The notes beneath the pieces are model-generated. The model was given only the letters and a program-made list of their open reading frames with translations. It made no database searches and was not told the origin of the DNA. DNA of 64,000 nt, from IMG/VR virus record IMGVR_UViG_2974644367_000001, positions 10,237-74,236 of that record. One strand, written 5' to 3'. The position numbers and the translations under genes were made by a program. The stretch's first letter is position 1. Each line of letters starts with the position of its first letter. The DNA is from a virus (Duplodnaviria; Heunggongvirae; Uroviricota; Caudoviricetes). Of this stretch, positions 56,250 through 63,955 are shown piece by piece.

Positions 56250-56711
56250 ATGAATCGTCGCATCACTGCCGTATCAAAAGACTTCTACAATCGTCGCATG
56301 GGTGAACTGGTAAAGCAATTCCCTAACGTGTTTAACAAGTCTCTTCCTATGCCGCTGGCGATTGGTGTTCACAAGACTCTGGCAGAGCAGACTGAGTTTT
56401 CTCGCAAAGAAATCAATGCGATGTTATCAGTGTGGACTCGTCGCCATGAGTATGTTTGTGCAGCCGTTACTCACGGTTTCCGTGTAGACCTGAACGGCGA
56501 GTTCGTTGAAGAAATCTCAGAAGAACATCTGTATGGGTTTAGCCGTGCATTTGATAATCTGACCAAGAAGCAAAAGGCTGGCTTTACTCGCCGCTGGAAC
56601 CGTGCTGATACCACTGACCAGTTCGTATGTGAACCATTCGAGTGCTACGTTGAAGCGAAGGTTGAAGAGCCTGTGGAAACCGAAGAGGTATGTCAAGAAT
56701 GCCTGATTTAA
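56250..56711 (+). CDS. FinO/ProQ-domain RNA-binding protein with a C-terminal Cys4 cluster
   Basis: It aligns to the E. coli ProQ N-terminal domain. Shared features are FPxxF, PLAIGV, the SxxEIxxxLxxWT pattern, RVDLNGE and EEHLYG. Confidence 0.7.
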   Translation: MNRRITAVSKDFYNRRMGELVKQFPNVFNKSLPMPLAIGVHKTLAEQTEFSRKEINAMLSVWTRRHEYVCAAVTHGFRVDLNGEFVEEISEEHLYGFSRAFDNLTKKQKAGFTRRWNRADTTDQFVCEPFECYVEAKVEEPVETEEVCQECLI

Positions 56712-57040
56712 AGATGCAGTCGTTCAATATCAATGCTCACTTTGTACTTGAAGAAGCAGAGATTGATAAGGCTATTGAAGCACTGGAGTTACTTGCAGAG
56801 CATCATAGCAACCGTTCAAGTTGGGAGCCTTTATCTGAAGAGTCAACGGTGACAATTGTCATCACAGTTAAGGGTTGTGAAGATACGTTGGGTTGGACTC
56901 AAAAGCTGCAAAAGCAGTCAAGAGGTGCTTTAAAAGCGTATCTGAAAGATGCCCGACAAAAAGACGGTATCAAGTTCGCAAGCACTTCACGAATCCGTGG
57001 GGCGGTTGTATTTGAACCATCAGTAATTTTCTACTCATAA
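56690..57040 (+). CDS. Hypothetical protein
   Basis: ORF coupled to the upstream gene. Confidence 0.4.
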   Translation: MSRMPDLKMQSFNINAHFVLEEAEIDKAIEALELLAEHHSNRSSWEPLSEESTVTIVITVKGCEDTLGWTQKLQKQSRGALKAYLKDARQKDGIKFASTSRIRGAVVFEPSVIFYS

Positions 57041-57050
57041 GGTAAGAAGA

Positions 57051-57215
57051 ATGGACGTTCACACTGGTCTTAACATCTTACTGGTTCTGGTTATTGTGGG
57101 CGGTCTATTAGCTGCCAAGTACCGTGTAGACTCATGCTGCAAGCATTGTGATGGTACAGGCGTTAAAGATGGTTGTGTATGTCCATTCTGTCACGGAACC
57201 GGAGAAGATGATTGA
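57051..57215 (+). CDS. 54 aa membrane-anchored peptide with two DnaJ-type CxxCxGxG zinc-finger motifs
   Basis: The translated ORF (not in the supplied track) is MDVHTGLNILLVLVIVGGLLAAKYRVDSCCKHCDGTGVKDGCVCPFCHGTGEDD. Confidence 0.45.
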   Translation: MDVHTGLNILLVLVIVGGLLAAKYRVDSCCKHCDGTGVKDGCVCPFCHGTGEDD

Positions 57216-57289
57216 CAGTCACCTGTCAACTGTTTTAGAATCTGTTTTGGGGTGAACAACACCCCTTAACTCAAAAGGATAATCCCGAC

Positions 57290-59740
57290 ATGAAAATGAA
57301 TTACGAACATCAAGCAGTCCAGAAAAGTTCTAATACTCTGGAGACTACTCAGGCACAGATTATGATGACACCTGAGATGCTTGACCTGCTTTCTTCTGGT
57401 GTTTATGAGTATAAGGCACGTGCAGTTATCCGTGAATTATCTTGTAATGCACTTGATGGTCACATGGTAAAAGGCAATGTCGATGAACCATTTGACATTC
57501 ACTTACCAACCACCTTCGAACCTTACTTTGAGATTCGTGATAAAGGTGTCGGTCTGTCCCATGAAGCAATCATGAACATGTACCTGAACTATGGTGCTTC
57601 GACGAAGAACAATTCGAATGACTTCATCGGTGCTATGGGTATCGGTTCAAAGTCTCCGTTTGCTATCTCTGATTCGTTCACTGTCCGTTCATACTTTGAG
57701 GGTAAGGTAACGACTTATCAGGCATACAAAGAGAACGGTATCCCTAACCTAACTAAGCTGATGGAAAAGCCAATGGCAGAGGGTGAGGAAACTGGTCTGG
57801 CTGTTCGTGTAGCTGTTCGTCAGGAGTTGACTGATGAGTTTCGTCGTGAAGCTGCTTACGTCTTTGAAACGTTTGCTGTGCGACCTAACATCAACATTGA
57901 CATAAACTATATTGACCGTAACTCTATGGTTATGTCTGAGAAAGCTGGCGTCTACACAGCATTTCACGGCACAGGGAACTCTTACAGTCGTCGTGGTGAC
58001 AACTTCCTATATGTGGTGATGGGGTCTATCCGTTATCCTGTCAAGCTGGAAGCGGTGATGTCTGATGATGAGATGTCAGCTATCAACAACAGTCCTATGA
58101 TTGATTCTATCGGCTGTCTGTGGGTCTACGTCCCAATTGGTTCAGTGTCCATCTCTGCGAGTCGTGAATCACTCCAGATGAATGAGTCAACCAAGAAGTT
58201 TATTCTGGATGCCTTTAAAGACATCTCGTCTGACTTCATGGCAGACCTTCAGAAAGGTTTTGATGACATTGACGACTACTGGAAAGCTGGTCATCATTGG
58301 GTTAACCTGAAAAGCAAGCTGCGTAGTCACAGCCAGATTGCATACTTTGCCAAGAACTTGACTTGGAAAGGTAAGCAGATTTCTCGTCTGGTTGAAGAGG
58401 CTGATGCAGCCCGTCTGGTTCCTCGCCTTGATGAGTTTGGCAATCAGATGTACAAAAAGGATTCTTCCGGTCAGCCTCTGGAACTGAACGGTCAGAAAGT
58501 GCCTTTGATGATGAACTACGAAGCATATTGCTATCGCTGGAACAACCTTACTTCAACATCGTCTTGGGCGAAACGTGAGCGTTGGACTAAGAACAACCTT
58601 GAAACAGACATGGCTAAGGTCTCTCCTTGGAAGACTACCAATGACTTCTTCAATGGTGTATTGTTCTTTGTCTATGACCGTATCACCCGTTCAGGTACTG
58701 AGAAGACAACTGGTAAAGAGCAAGTGTTGCGTGGTATGGGCTTTGCTTTCCAAGAGTCCACTAAAAACAACTTGAACTACCTGTGCATGGTTGACTCTCG
58801 CGCTGAGGCAGAGATTATCTGGAACCGTCACAAAGTACCAGAAGACCAACGTCACTTCGACATGGCTTCTAAGTATGAAGACTGCTACACCCCTGCAAAG
58901 CGTCAGAAAGGTGTGGTGAAGTTATGGGTTCACAGTTATGCAGAGTATCACAAGAAACAAAATATTGGTGATTACCGTAACGGGTTTATCAATACTGGTT
59001 ACGTGAACTCTGAAGAGTTTAAGGTTGACTTGTCTGTTCTTCAGGACGATGAGAATGAACACCTGTACCTTCAGTCAAACAACAACGTAATCACTAACGG
59101 TGTGTTTAACGGTAAAGGTGCAACTGATGTTGCCAAACTGATTGCACCGTTAATCACTGGTAAGATTGTGGTGTTTAACAAGGCCAACTGGAAAAAGATT
59201 CCCGAAGATTGGGAGAATGCCAGTGATGAAAACGTTCTGCGTAAACTGATTGACAAACATCCTCGACTCTGGAAAGCTATGAACCAGTCGATGATTGAGT
59301 CTGCTATGCCAGACCGCTTTAAGCGTCTTGCAGCGATGGGTGTTGCTCTGCCAAACAGTAATGATTACTTTGGTCAGTCTATGCGTGGTCGTGTTCTGAA
59401 GTGGGAAGGTGCAAGACAGGTTCTTGAACAAATCTTGAATAAGCCTTGCTATTCGATTCCACAGATGGTACAGTCTTGCTCAGTCAGTCACAGCAACATC
59501 CTTGGTTCCATTTACAAGATGCTGCCACACTGTAAGCTGCATACTTCCATCAAGAAAGCGCGTCAGCGTATGGAAGCAGATATTGAGAAGAACAAAAACA
59601 ACCTGTTCAACTCTAAATATAAAGTGCTGAAGTTTATTGACTTCAACCGTGTGCAACTGTTAGAATTAGCCGAAGCACTTGACATCAACTTTGACAGAAC
59701 GTATGTTAACGATGATGGTGTAAGATTCTACAACCATTAA
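57290..59740 (+). CDS. rIIA: rIIA-like protein (N-terminal GHKL/Bergerat ATPase domain)
   Basis: GHKL motifs ELSCNALDGH, IRDKGVGL and GAMGIGSKS. 816 aa. It lies immediately upstream of rIIB. Confidence 0.65.
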   Translation: MKMNYEHQAVQKSSNTLETTQAQIMMTPEMLDLLSSGVYEYKARAVIRELSCNALDGHMVKGNVDEPFDIHLPTTFEPYFEIRDKGVGLSHEAIMNMYLNYGASTKNNSNDFIGAMGIGSKSPFAISDSFTVRSYFEGKVTTYQAYKENGIPNLTKLMEKPMAEGEETGLAVRVAVRQELTDEFRREAAYVFETFAVRPNINIDINYIDRNSMVMSEKAGVYTAFHGTGNSYSRRGDNFLYVVMGSIRYPVKLEAVMSDDEMSAINNSPMIDSIGCLWVYVPIGSVSISASRESLQMNESTKKFILDAFKDISSDFMADLQKGFDDIDDYWKAGHHWVNLKSKLRSHSQIAYFAKNLTWKGKQISRLVEEADAARLVPRLDEFGNQMYKKDSSGQPLELNGQKVPLMMNYEAYCYRWNNLTSTSSWAKRERWTKNNLETDMAKVSPWKTTNDFFNGVLFFVYDRITRSGTEKTTGKEQVLRGMGFAFQESTKNNLNYLCMVDSRAEAEIIWNRHKVPEDQRHFDMASKYEDCYTPAKRQKGVVKLWVHSYAEYHKKQNIGDYRNGFINTGYVNSEEFKVDLSVLQDDENEHLYLQSNNNVITNGVFNGKGATDVAKLIAPLITGKIVVFNKANWKKIPEDWENASDENVLRKLIDKHPRLWKAMNQSMIESAMPDRFKRLAAMGVALPNSNDYFGQSMRGRVLKWEGARQVLEQILNKPCYSIPQMVQSCSVSHSNILGSIYKMLPHCKLHTSIKKARQRMEADIEKNKNNLFNSKYKVLKFIDFNRVQLLELAEALDINFDRTYVNDDGVRFYNH

Positions 59741-59748
59741 TACAAACG

Positions 59749-59770
59749 GGGCTGGAAACAGCCCTTCTTA
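59749..59770 (+). terminator. GAAA-tetraloop hairpin (attenuator or weak terminator) between rIIA and rIIB
   Basis: GGGCTG-GAAA-CAGCCC followed by TTCTT. Confidence 0.35.
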
Positions 59771-59792
59771 AACGAAGTGAAGGAAACCTAAA

Positions 59793-60920
59793 ATGACTAT
59801 GACTAAAGCTCAGATTGATGCTCAGATTTTCGCAGATGTTTCTAACGGTATGACCAAAGCAGCAGCCGCTGAAAAATATGGTACGTCTGCCCGTTCCATC
59901 GGTCGTGCGATTGAGCGTCATGAGAAGTCTGGCGGTAAAGCCCCTGCCAAAGCCGCTGTAAAGCCCGCTAAGGCGACTTCTAAGAAGTCTGGTAAGAAGG
60001 CTAAGTCAACTGCCAAAGCCGCTCCTAAGCGTTCTGACGTGGCTAAAGCTGCACCTTACAAGCCAGAAGAAAAGACTCAGGTAGCCAGTACCGTGCTGGA
60101 AGCACTGGAGAAAGGTGATAAAGTTGAGTACATCAACACGTCATCATCTGTTGTTCTGACTCTGAACGGTGAATCAGAGATTGTTGAAGAAACTCATCCG
60201 AACTTCAAAGCAATTCAGATTGCTATTGTTTCAGGCGACTTCAAACAAGCGTTTGCTCTGATGAACATTCGTAAGTCCATTGAGAACTTCACTCAGGGGG
60301 CAATCACCATCAAAGGTGACAAACTGTTCTACGGTACTATTGAAATCCGTTCAACGATTGCACAGCGTATTCTGGAACTGATGCGTCAGGGTGATGATGG
60401 CTTTAAAACTCTGGTCAGCTTCTTCGAAAAACTGATGGAGAACCCATCACGCAACTCTGTTGAACAGCTTTGGGGCTTCATCTCTCACAACGACATTGAG
60501 ATTGACTCTGAAGGTTATATCATCGGTTGGAAGCGTGTTCGTAACAACGGTAACGGTCTGGTTGATAGCCGCACCAGCAAAGTTCCTAACAACATTGGTA
60601 ACATCGTGTCAATGCCTCGCTGGATGGTTGACGCAGACAAAAACGTTACCTGTTCACAGGGTCTGCATGTTGGCGCTTGGGATTACGTCCGTTCATTCTC
60701 TGGCGATACCACTATCAAGGTTCGTGTCCATCCACGTGACGTTGTATCTGTACCAACAGACTACAATGACCAGAAGATGCGTTCTTGCCAGTATGAAGTT
60801 GTCGGTGTGGTTGACAGCAACCGTAAAATCATCGACGTGACCAACCTGAAAGGTCTGGCTACAGAAGTGGTTGTTGTCGGCTCTGCTGGTGAACTGATTT
60901 CCCGTAAACCACGTGTCTAA
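59793..60920 (+). CDS. rIIB: rIIB protein
   Basis: The C-terminal block RVHPRDVVSVPTDYNDQKMRSCQYEVV matches T4 rIIB KVHPRDVVSIPIDYNDAKMRTCQYEVV. The N-terminal HTH and a Lys/Ala-rich linker are also present. Confidence 0.85.
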   Translation: MTMTKAQIDAQIFADVSNGMTKAAAAEKYGTSARSIGRAIERHEKSGGKAPAKAAVKPAKATSKKSGKKAKSTAKAAPKRSDVAKAAPYKPEEKTQVASTVLEALEKGDKVEYINTSSSVVLTLNGESEIVEETHPNFKAIQIAIVSGDFKQAFALMNIRKSIENFTQGAITIKGDKLFYGTIEIRSTIAQRILELMRQGDDGFKTLVSFFEKLMENPSRNSVEQLWGFISHNDIEIDSEGYIIGWKRVRNNGNGLVDSRTSKVPNNIGNIVSMPRWMVDADKNVTCSQGLHVGAWDYVRSFSGDTTIKVRVHPRDVVSVPTDYNDQKMRSCQYEVVGVVDSNRKIIDVTNLKGLATEVVVVGSAGELISRKPRV

Positions 60921-60927
60921 ATGAATT

Positions 60928-60946
60928 GGGGCGAAAGCCCCTCTTC
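60928..60946 (+). terminator. Intrinsic terminator (GGGGC-GAAA-GCCCC followed by TCTTCT)
   Basis: Hairpin right after the rIIB stop codon. Confidence 0.45.
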
Positions 60947-60960
60947 TAAGAGGAATTGAA

Positions 60961-61203
60961 ATGTACTATCTGATTGTTGTGCTGTCCTATCTCGTTGCGA
61001 TACTGACTTGGCCTGTTGCGATTGTCAAGTTCCTGTATGAAATCTTCAAACTCGATGTACCGTTCTGGTCATCACTGATTTCGAATGGCCTTGGTGGTGT
61101 GGTAATCTTCATCATTGCAGTTGTGTTCATCATCCTCTTCGGACGATTGCAATTTGAGAAATCATCAAAGAAACTCTTGTCACGCACTAACCGTTGGCAT
61201 TAA
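60961..61203 (+). CDS. Small membrane protein (2 TM)
   Basis: Hydrophobic 80 aa. Confidence 0.45.
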   Translation: MYYLIVVLSYLVAILTWPVAIVKFLYEIFKLDVPFWSSLISNGLGGVVIFIIAVVFIILFGRLQFEKSSKKLLSRTNRWH

Positions 61204-61208
61204 ACTAT

Positions 61209-61232
61209 AGGGACTCTTCGGAGTCCTTTTTT
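61209..61232 (+). terminator. Intrinsic terminator (UUCG hairpin family)
   Basis: GGGACTCTTCGGAGTCCTTTTTT. Confidence 0.7.
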
Positions 61233-61246
61233 ATTTGGAGGAAAGT

Positions 61247-61816
61247 ATGATTGAGTTTAGAGAGGGTAAGCCAAAAGCGATGGGGCTTTACCTTTGCAAA
61301 GTTAACCCTGAACCTATAACGCTTCCGGTTGCTGATAACCAGATTCTGTTCTTTCAGGAAGGTGATTGGTGGTGGCCTCGTTCAGATGCACGTTACCGTG
61401 ACCATGTTTATCTTTGGGCTGGCCCGATTCAGGTTTTGAAACTGGAAGAAACCATTCAGGAAACAACTGTGCATAACTTCTACCACATTGGCAAGAAGAT
61501 TCCAGATGGTTACGTGTACATTGGAAGGGCTGGACAGGGCTTGAAAGAACACCCGCTACATAACCCTTTCAAGATAACAGATAAGTGTGACCGTGATACT
61601 GTGATACGGAAGTATGAAAGTTATCTCTGGCGTGGTATGAACAATGGGACTATTGACCCTGCACTAATTCTTTCTCTTGACGGAAAGAAACTGGTCTGTT
61701 ACTGTTCACCTCACAAATGCCACGGTGATGTTATCGTTAAAGCTATCGAGTGGCTTAAAACAGACGACAACTACCAAAAGATGAAGGAGAAGTACGATGC
61801 GAATAGACAAAGATAA
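61247..61816 (+). CDS. DUF4326-like protein (HNP motif and CYCxPxxCHGD cluster); track start is TTG at 61235
   Basis: EHPLHNPF and LVCYCSPHKCHGD in the C-terminal half. GGAGGAAAG ribosome-binding site. Confidence 0.5.
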   Translation: MIEFREGKPKAMGLYLCKVNPEPITLPVADNQILFFQEGDWWWPRSDARYRDHVYLWAGPIQVLKLEETIQETTVHNFYHIGKKIPDGYVYIGRAGQGLKEHPLHNPFKITDKCDRDTVIRKYESYLWRGMNNGTIDPALILSLDGKKLVCYCSPHKCHGDVIVKAIEWLKTDDNYQKMKEKYDANRQR

Positions 61817-62000
61817 AGCAGTCCTTGATGACGAAGGTTGTGTGAAATCATTCACCCTCTTAGTCGGTGGTAAAGACTTCTTCTGTAACTGTGGCTGCAA
61901 CTGTTTCCACAAACCTGACAGGAATGACTTGTCTGTTTACTCATGCAATGGTTGCCACAAAACGTACAAGAGGGTAGACCAACCACGAAAAGTGTGTTAG
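61797..62000 (+). CDS. Cys-rich zinc-binding small protein
   Basis: CNCGCNC ... CNGCH. Confidence 0.4.
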   Translation: MRIDKDKAVLDDEGCVKSFTLLVGGKDFFCNCGCNCFHKPDRNDLSVYSCNGCHKTYKRVDQPRKVC

Positions 62001-62039
62001 CATGTGTCTTCGTTTAACTATAAACAGGCAAGAAAGAGA

Positions 62040-62552
62040 ATGCTGAAACAACTTATCCTTGTTGGGGCGCTCTGTATTACACCGTTTGGAGTTAAAGCAG
62101 TAGACTGTCCAGAGTTCTCTCAGGGTCAGGTTGCAGTTTTAAAAAAGGCTCACGCCTATGGTTCACATAACATGGGTGGTAATTGGGGAGTGGTCTTAGC
62201 GGCCATTTCCTATCAAGAATCCAGTGCTGGCGATAAGGTTGTCAATCACAAAGGTTCTTATGGTGTTTTCCAGAATAAGCTCACAACGGTAACTAACAGG
62301 ACTGGTGAAAAACCAGCAGTTGCCAAAAAGAAACTTATTCATAGTTTCGATTATTCCGCTGAACAAGCCAAGAATGAACTTGACTATTGGAACGGCAGAT
62401 ATTACCTTAAAACAGGACAATCAAACAACCTAACACGTGTTCTGGCTTCGTACAATGCAGGTTACAATGTATCGGCTGGCAAAGGCTATGCCAAACAGGT
62501 AAAGCAAAAGATGAAGATTGTAGAGCACTGTATCATTAACAAAGAGGATTAA
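62040..62552 (+). CDS. Lytic transglycosylase (SLT-domain) lysin with an N-terminal signal/SAR sequence (track start is GTG at 62004)
   Basis: A signal peptide MLKQLILVGALCITPFGVKA, then SYQESSAG...GSYGVFQ in an SLT catalytic-Glu context. Confidence 0.6.
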   Translation: MLKQLILVGALCITPFGVKAVDCPEFSQGQVAVLKKAHAYGSHNMGGNWGVVLAAISYQESSAGDKVVNHKGSYGVFQNKLTTVTNRTGEKPAVAKKKLIHSFDYSAEQAKNELDYWNGRYYLKTGQSNNLTRVLASYNAGYNVSAGKGYAKQVKQKMKIVEHCIINKED

Positions 62553-62554
62553 TC

Positions 62555-63208
62555 ATGATTCAGCAGACTTGTAAAGTCGCAGTACGTTCACGTCTTGATT
62601 CAGTATATCAAGCGGCAATCTGTGATATTCACCACAGCAACTTATCTGGAAAGGTTCGTATCTGGAAAGAGGGTGAAGCTCCAGAGTTGTCAGAGGAAGA
62701 GGTGTTCATGAACCAGTTGGCTATCCTTCCTGAAAAGATGCCAGAAGGTTATGACAAGAAGCCTAAAGCAATCGTTGTTGATATTGATGGTGTTGTCACC
62801 CATTTTGACGATGAAGGCACTCTGCTTATTACTGGTGAACGGGAACCATATTGGCAGAATCACATGACCATTGCAGAGATGGCTCATGAGCAAGGTATTA
62901 TTGTAGACCTCGTTAAGGGTCGTGTTGAGAAAGGTGATACCTTAATCTTCCTGACTGCACGTGGAGAGTCACAACGTATCTCAACAACGATGACACTGAA
63001 CAATGTGTTCAATCCATACAAGTATCACCTGTTCATGCGTGGCTTGTTTGATAACCTGACACCTGCACACATTCTGAAGCGTGACATCTTGCACACCTGC
63101 ATTATGCCATACTATGATGTGGAATTGTTTATTGATGATACTGCCTTGAATATCCAGCAGATTAATCAGGATTTTCCTGAAATCAAAACAATGCTGTATC
63201 ATTCGTAA
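62555..63208 (+). CDS. HAD-superfamily phosphatase (nucleotidase-like)
   Basis: HAD motif I VVDIDGVVT, motif II LTARGE and motif IV FIDDT. Confidence 0.5.
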   Translation: MIQQTCKVAVRSRLDSVYQAAICDIHHSNLSGKVRIWKEGEAPELSEEEVFMNQLAILPEKMPEGYDKKPKAIVVDIDGVVTHFDDEGTLLITGEREPYWQNHMTIAEMAHEQGIIVDLVKGRVEKGDTLIFLTARGESQRISTTMTLNNVFNPYKYHLFMRGLFDNLTPAHILKRDILHTCIMPYYDVELFIDDTALNIQQINQDFPEIKTMLYHS

Positions 63209-63215
63209 AAAGTAG

Positions 63216-63245
63216 TTGACGCCACTCTGAGAAGGGTGGCATAAT
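63216..63245 (+). promoter_or_regulatory. Sigma70-like promoter (TTGACG-N17/18-TGgCATAAT) with an internal GCCAC..GTGGC dyad
   Basis: It is followed by the shared leader motif at 63264..63282. Confidence 0.5.
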
Positions 63246-63288
63246 CTCTCCTGTCAAGACGACAAACAACTAACTAAGAGGCTTTATC

Positions 63289-63756
63289 ATGATTCAGGAA
63301 ACTATCGTAGTAAACATCAATGACCTGTCAAGCAAAGTGGCATACGTTGCTGATGTTGTAAAAGCTCAGTTCTCAGGCCGTATTTTCCGTGCTGTCAACG
63401 TAAAGAAAGATGGTGCGCTCCGTGAATACCGTGCTCTGACTGGTGTTTCCAAGCATGTAAAAGGTGCTGGTTCAACAACCGCACACAAACCTGAACTGCT
63501 GACCATCTATGACATGGGTCTGGCTTCAACTCTCGGTGCAGAGGGTATTCAGGCCGCTGGCGCTCCTTACCGTTCATTCAACATGGAAACAACTCTGATG
63601 CTGGAGTTTGTAAAGGGCGACAAGAAAACTACTTACGTCTTCATCGACGAAGCAACTAAATCTGAAATTGCTGATGCGAAAATCAAAGCTGCTGTTGACG
63701 CAAGCTCAAGCATTACCAATCAGTCTGTTGCAATCCTGCTTGGTGCTCTGAAATGA
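63289..63756 (+). CDS. Hypothetical protein
   Basis: First ORF after the promoter. Confidence 0.45.
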   Translation: MIQETIVVNINDLSSKVAYVADVVKAQFSGRIFRAVNVKKDGALREYRALTGVSKHVKGAGSTTAHKPELLTIYDMGLASTLGAEGIQAAGAPYRSFNMETTLMLEFVKGDKKTTYVFIDEATKSEIADAKIKAAVDASSSITNQSVAILLGALK

Positions 63757-63947
63757 GTAGCCTGATTCAGGACTTTGACGACCTTCTGTCTCATCTCAAC
63801 TCTGAAGAGAATGACATGGCCTTGGCATTACGCCAAAAGTTGTGTGACCATCTTGAAGAGCAGGATGAAAGACTTGAAAAGTTGGATGCACTGGAAGCAC
63901 ACGGTGTTGACAATTGGGAAGGTTACGATTTGGCGATGAGCAGCTAA
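63753..63947 (+). CDS. Small acidic protein
   Basis: ORF coupled to the previous gene. Confidence 0.4.
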   Translation: MSSLIQDFDDLLSHLNSEENDMALALRQKLCDHLEEQDERLEKLDALEAHGVDNWEGYDLAMSS

Positions 63948-63955
63948 TCAATCAA

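Noticed and set aside
57249-57265. The GGGGTG-AACAA-CACCCC hairpin as an intrinsic terminator.
   Set aside because: No T-tract follows on either strand. It is reported only as a possible attenuator or processing site.
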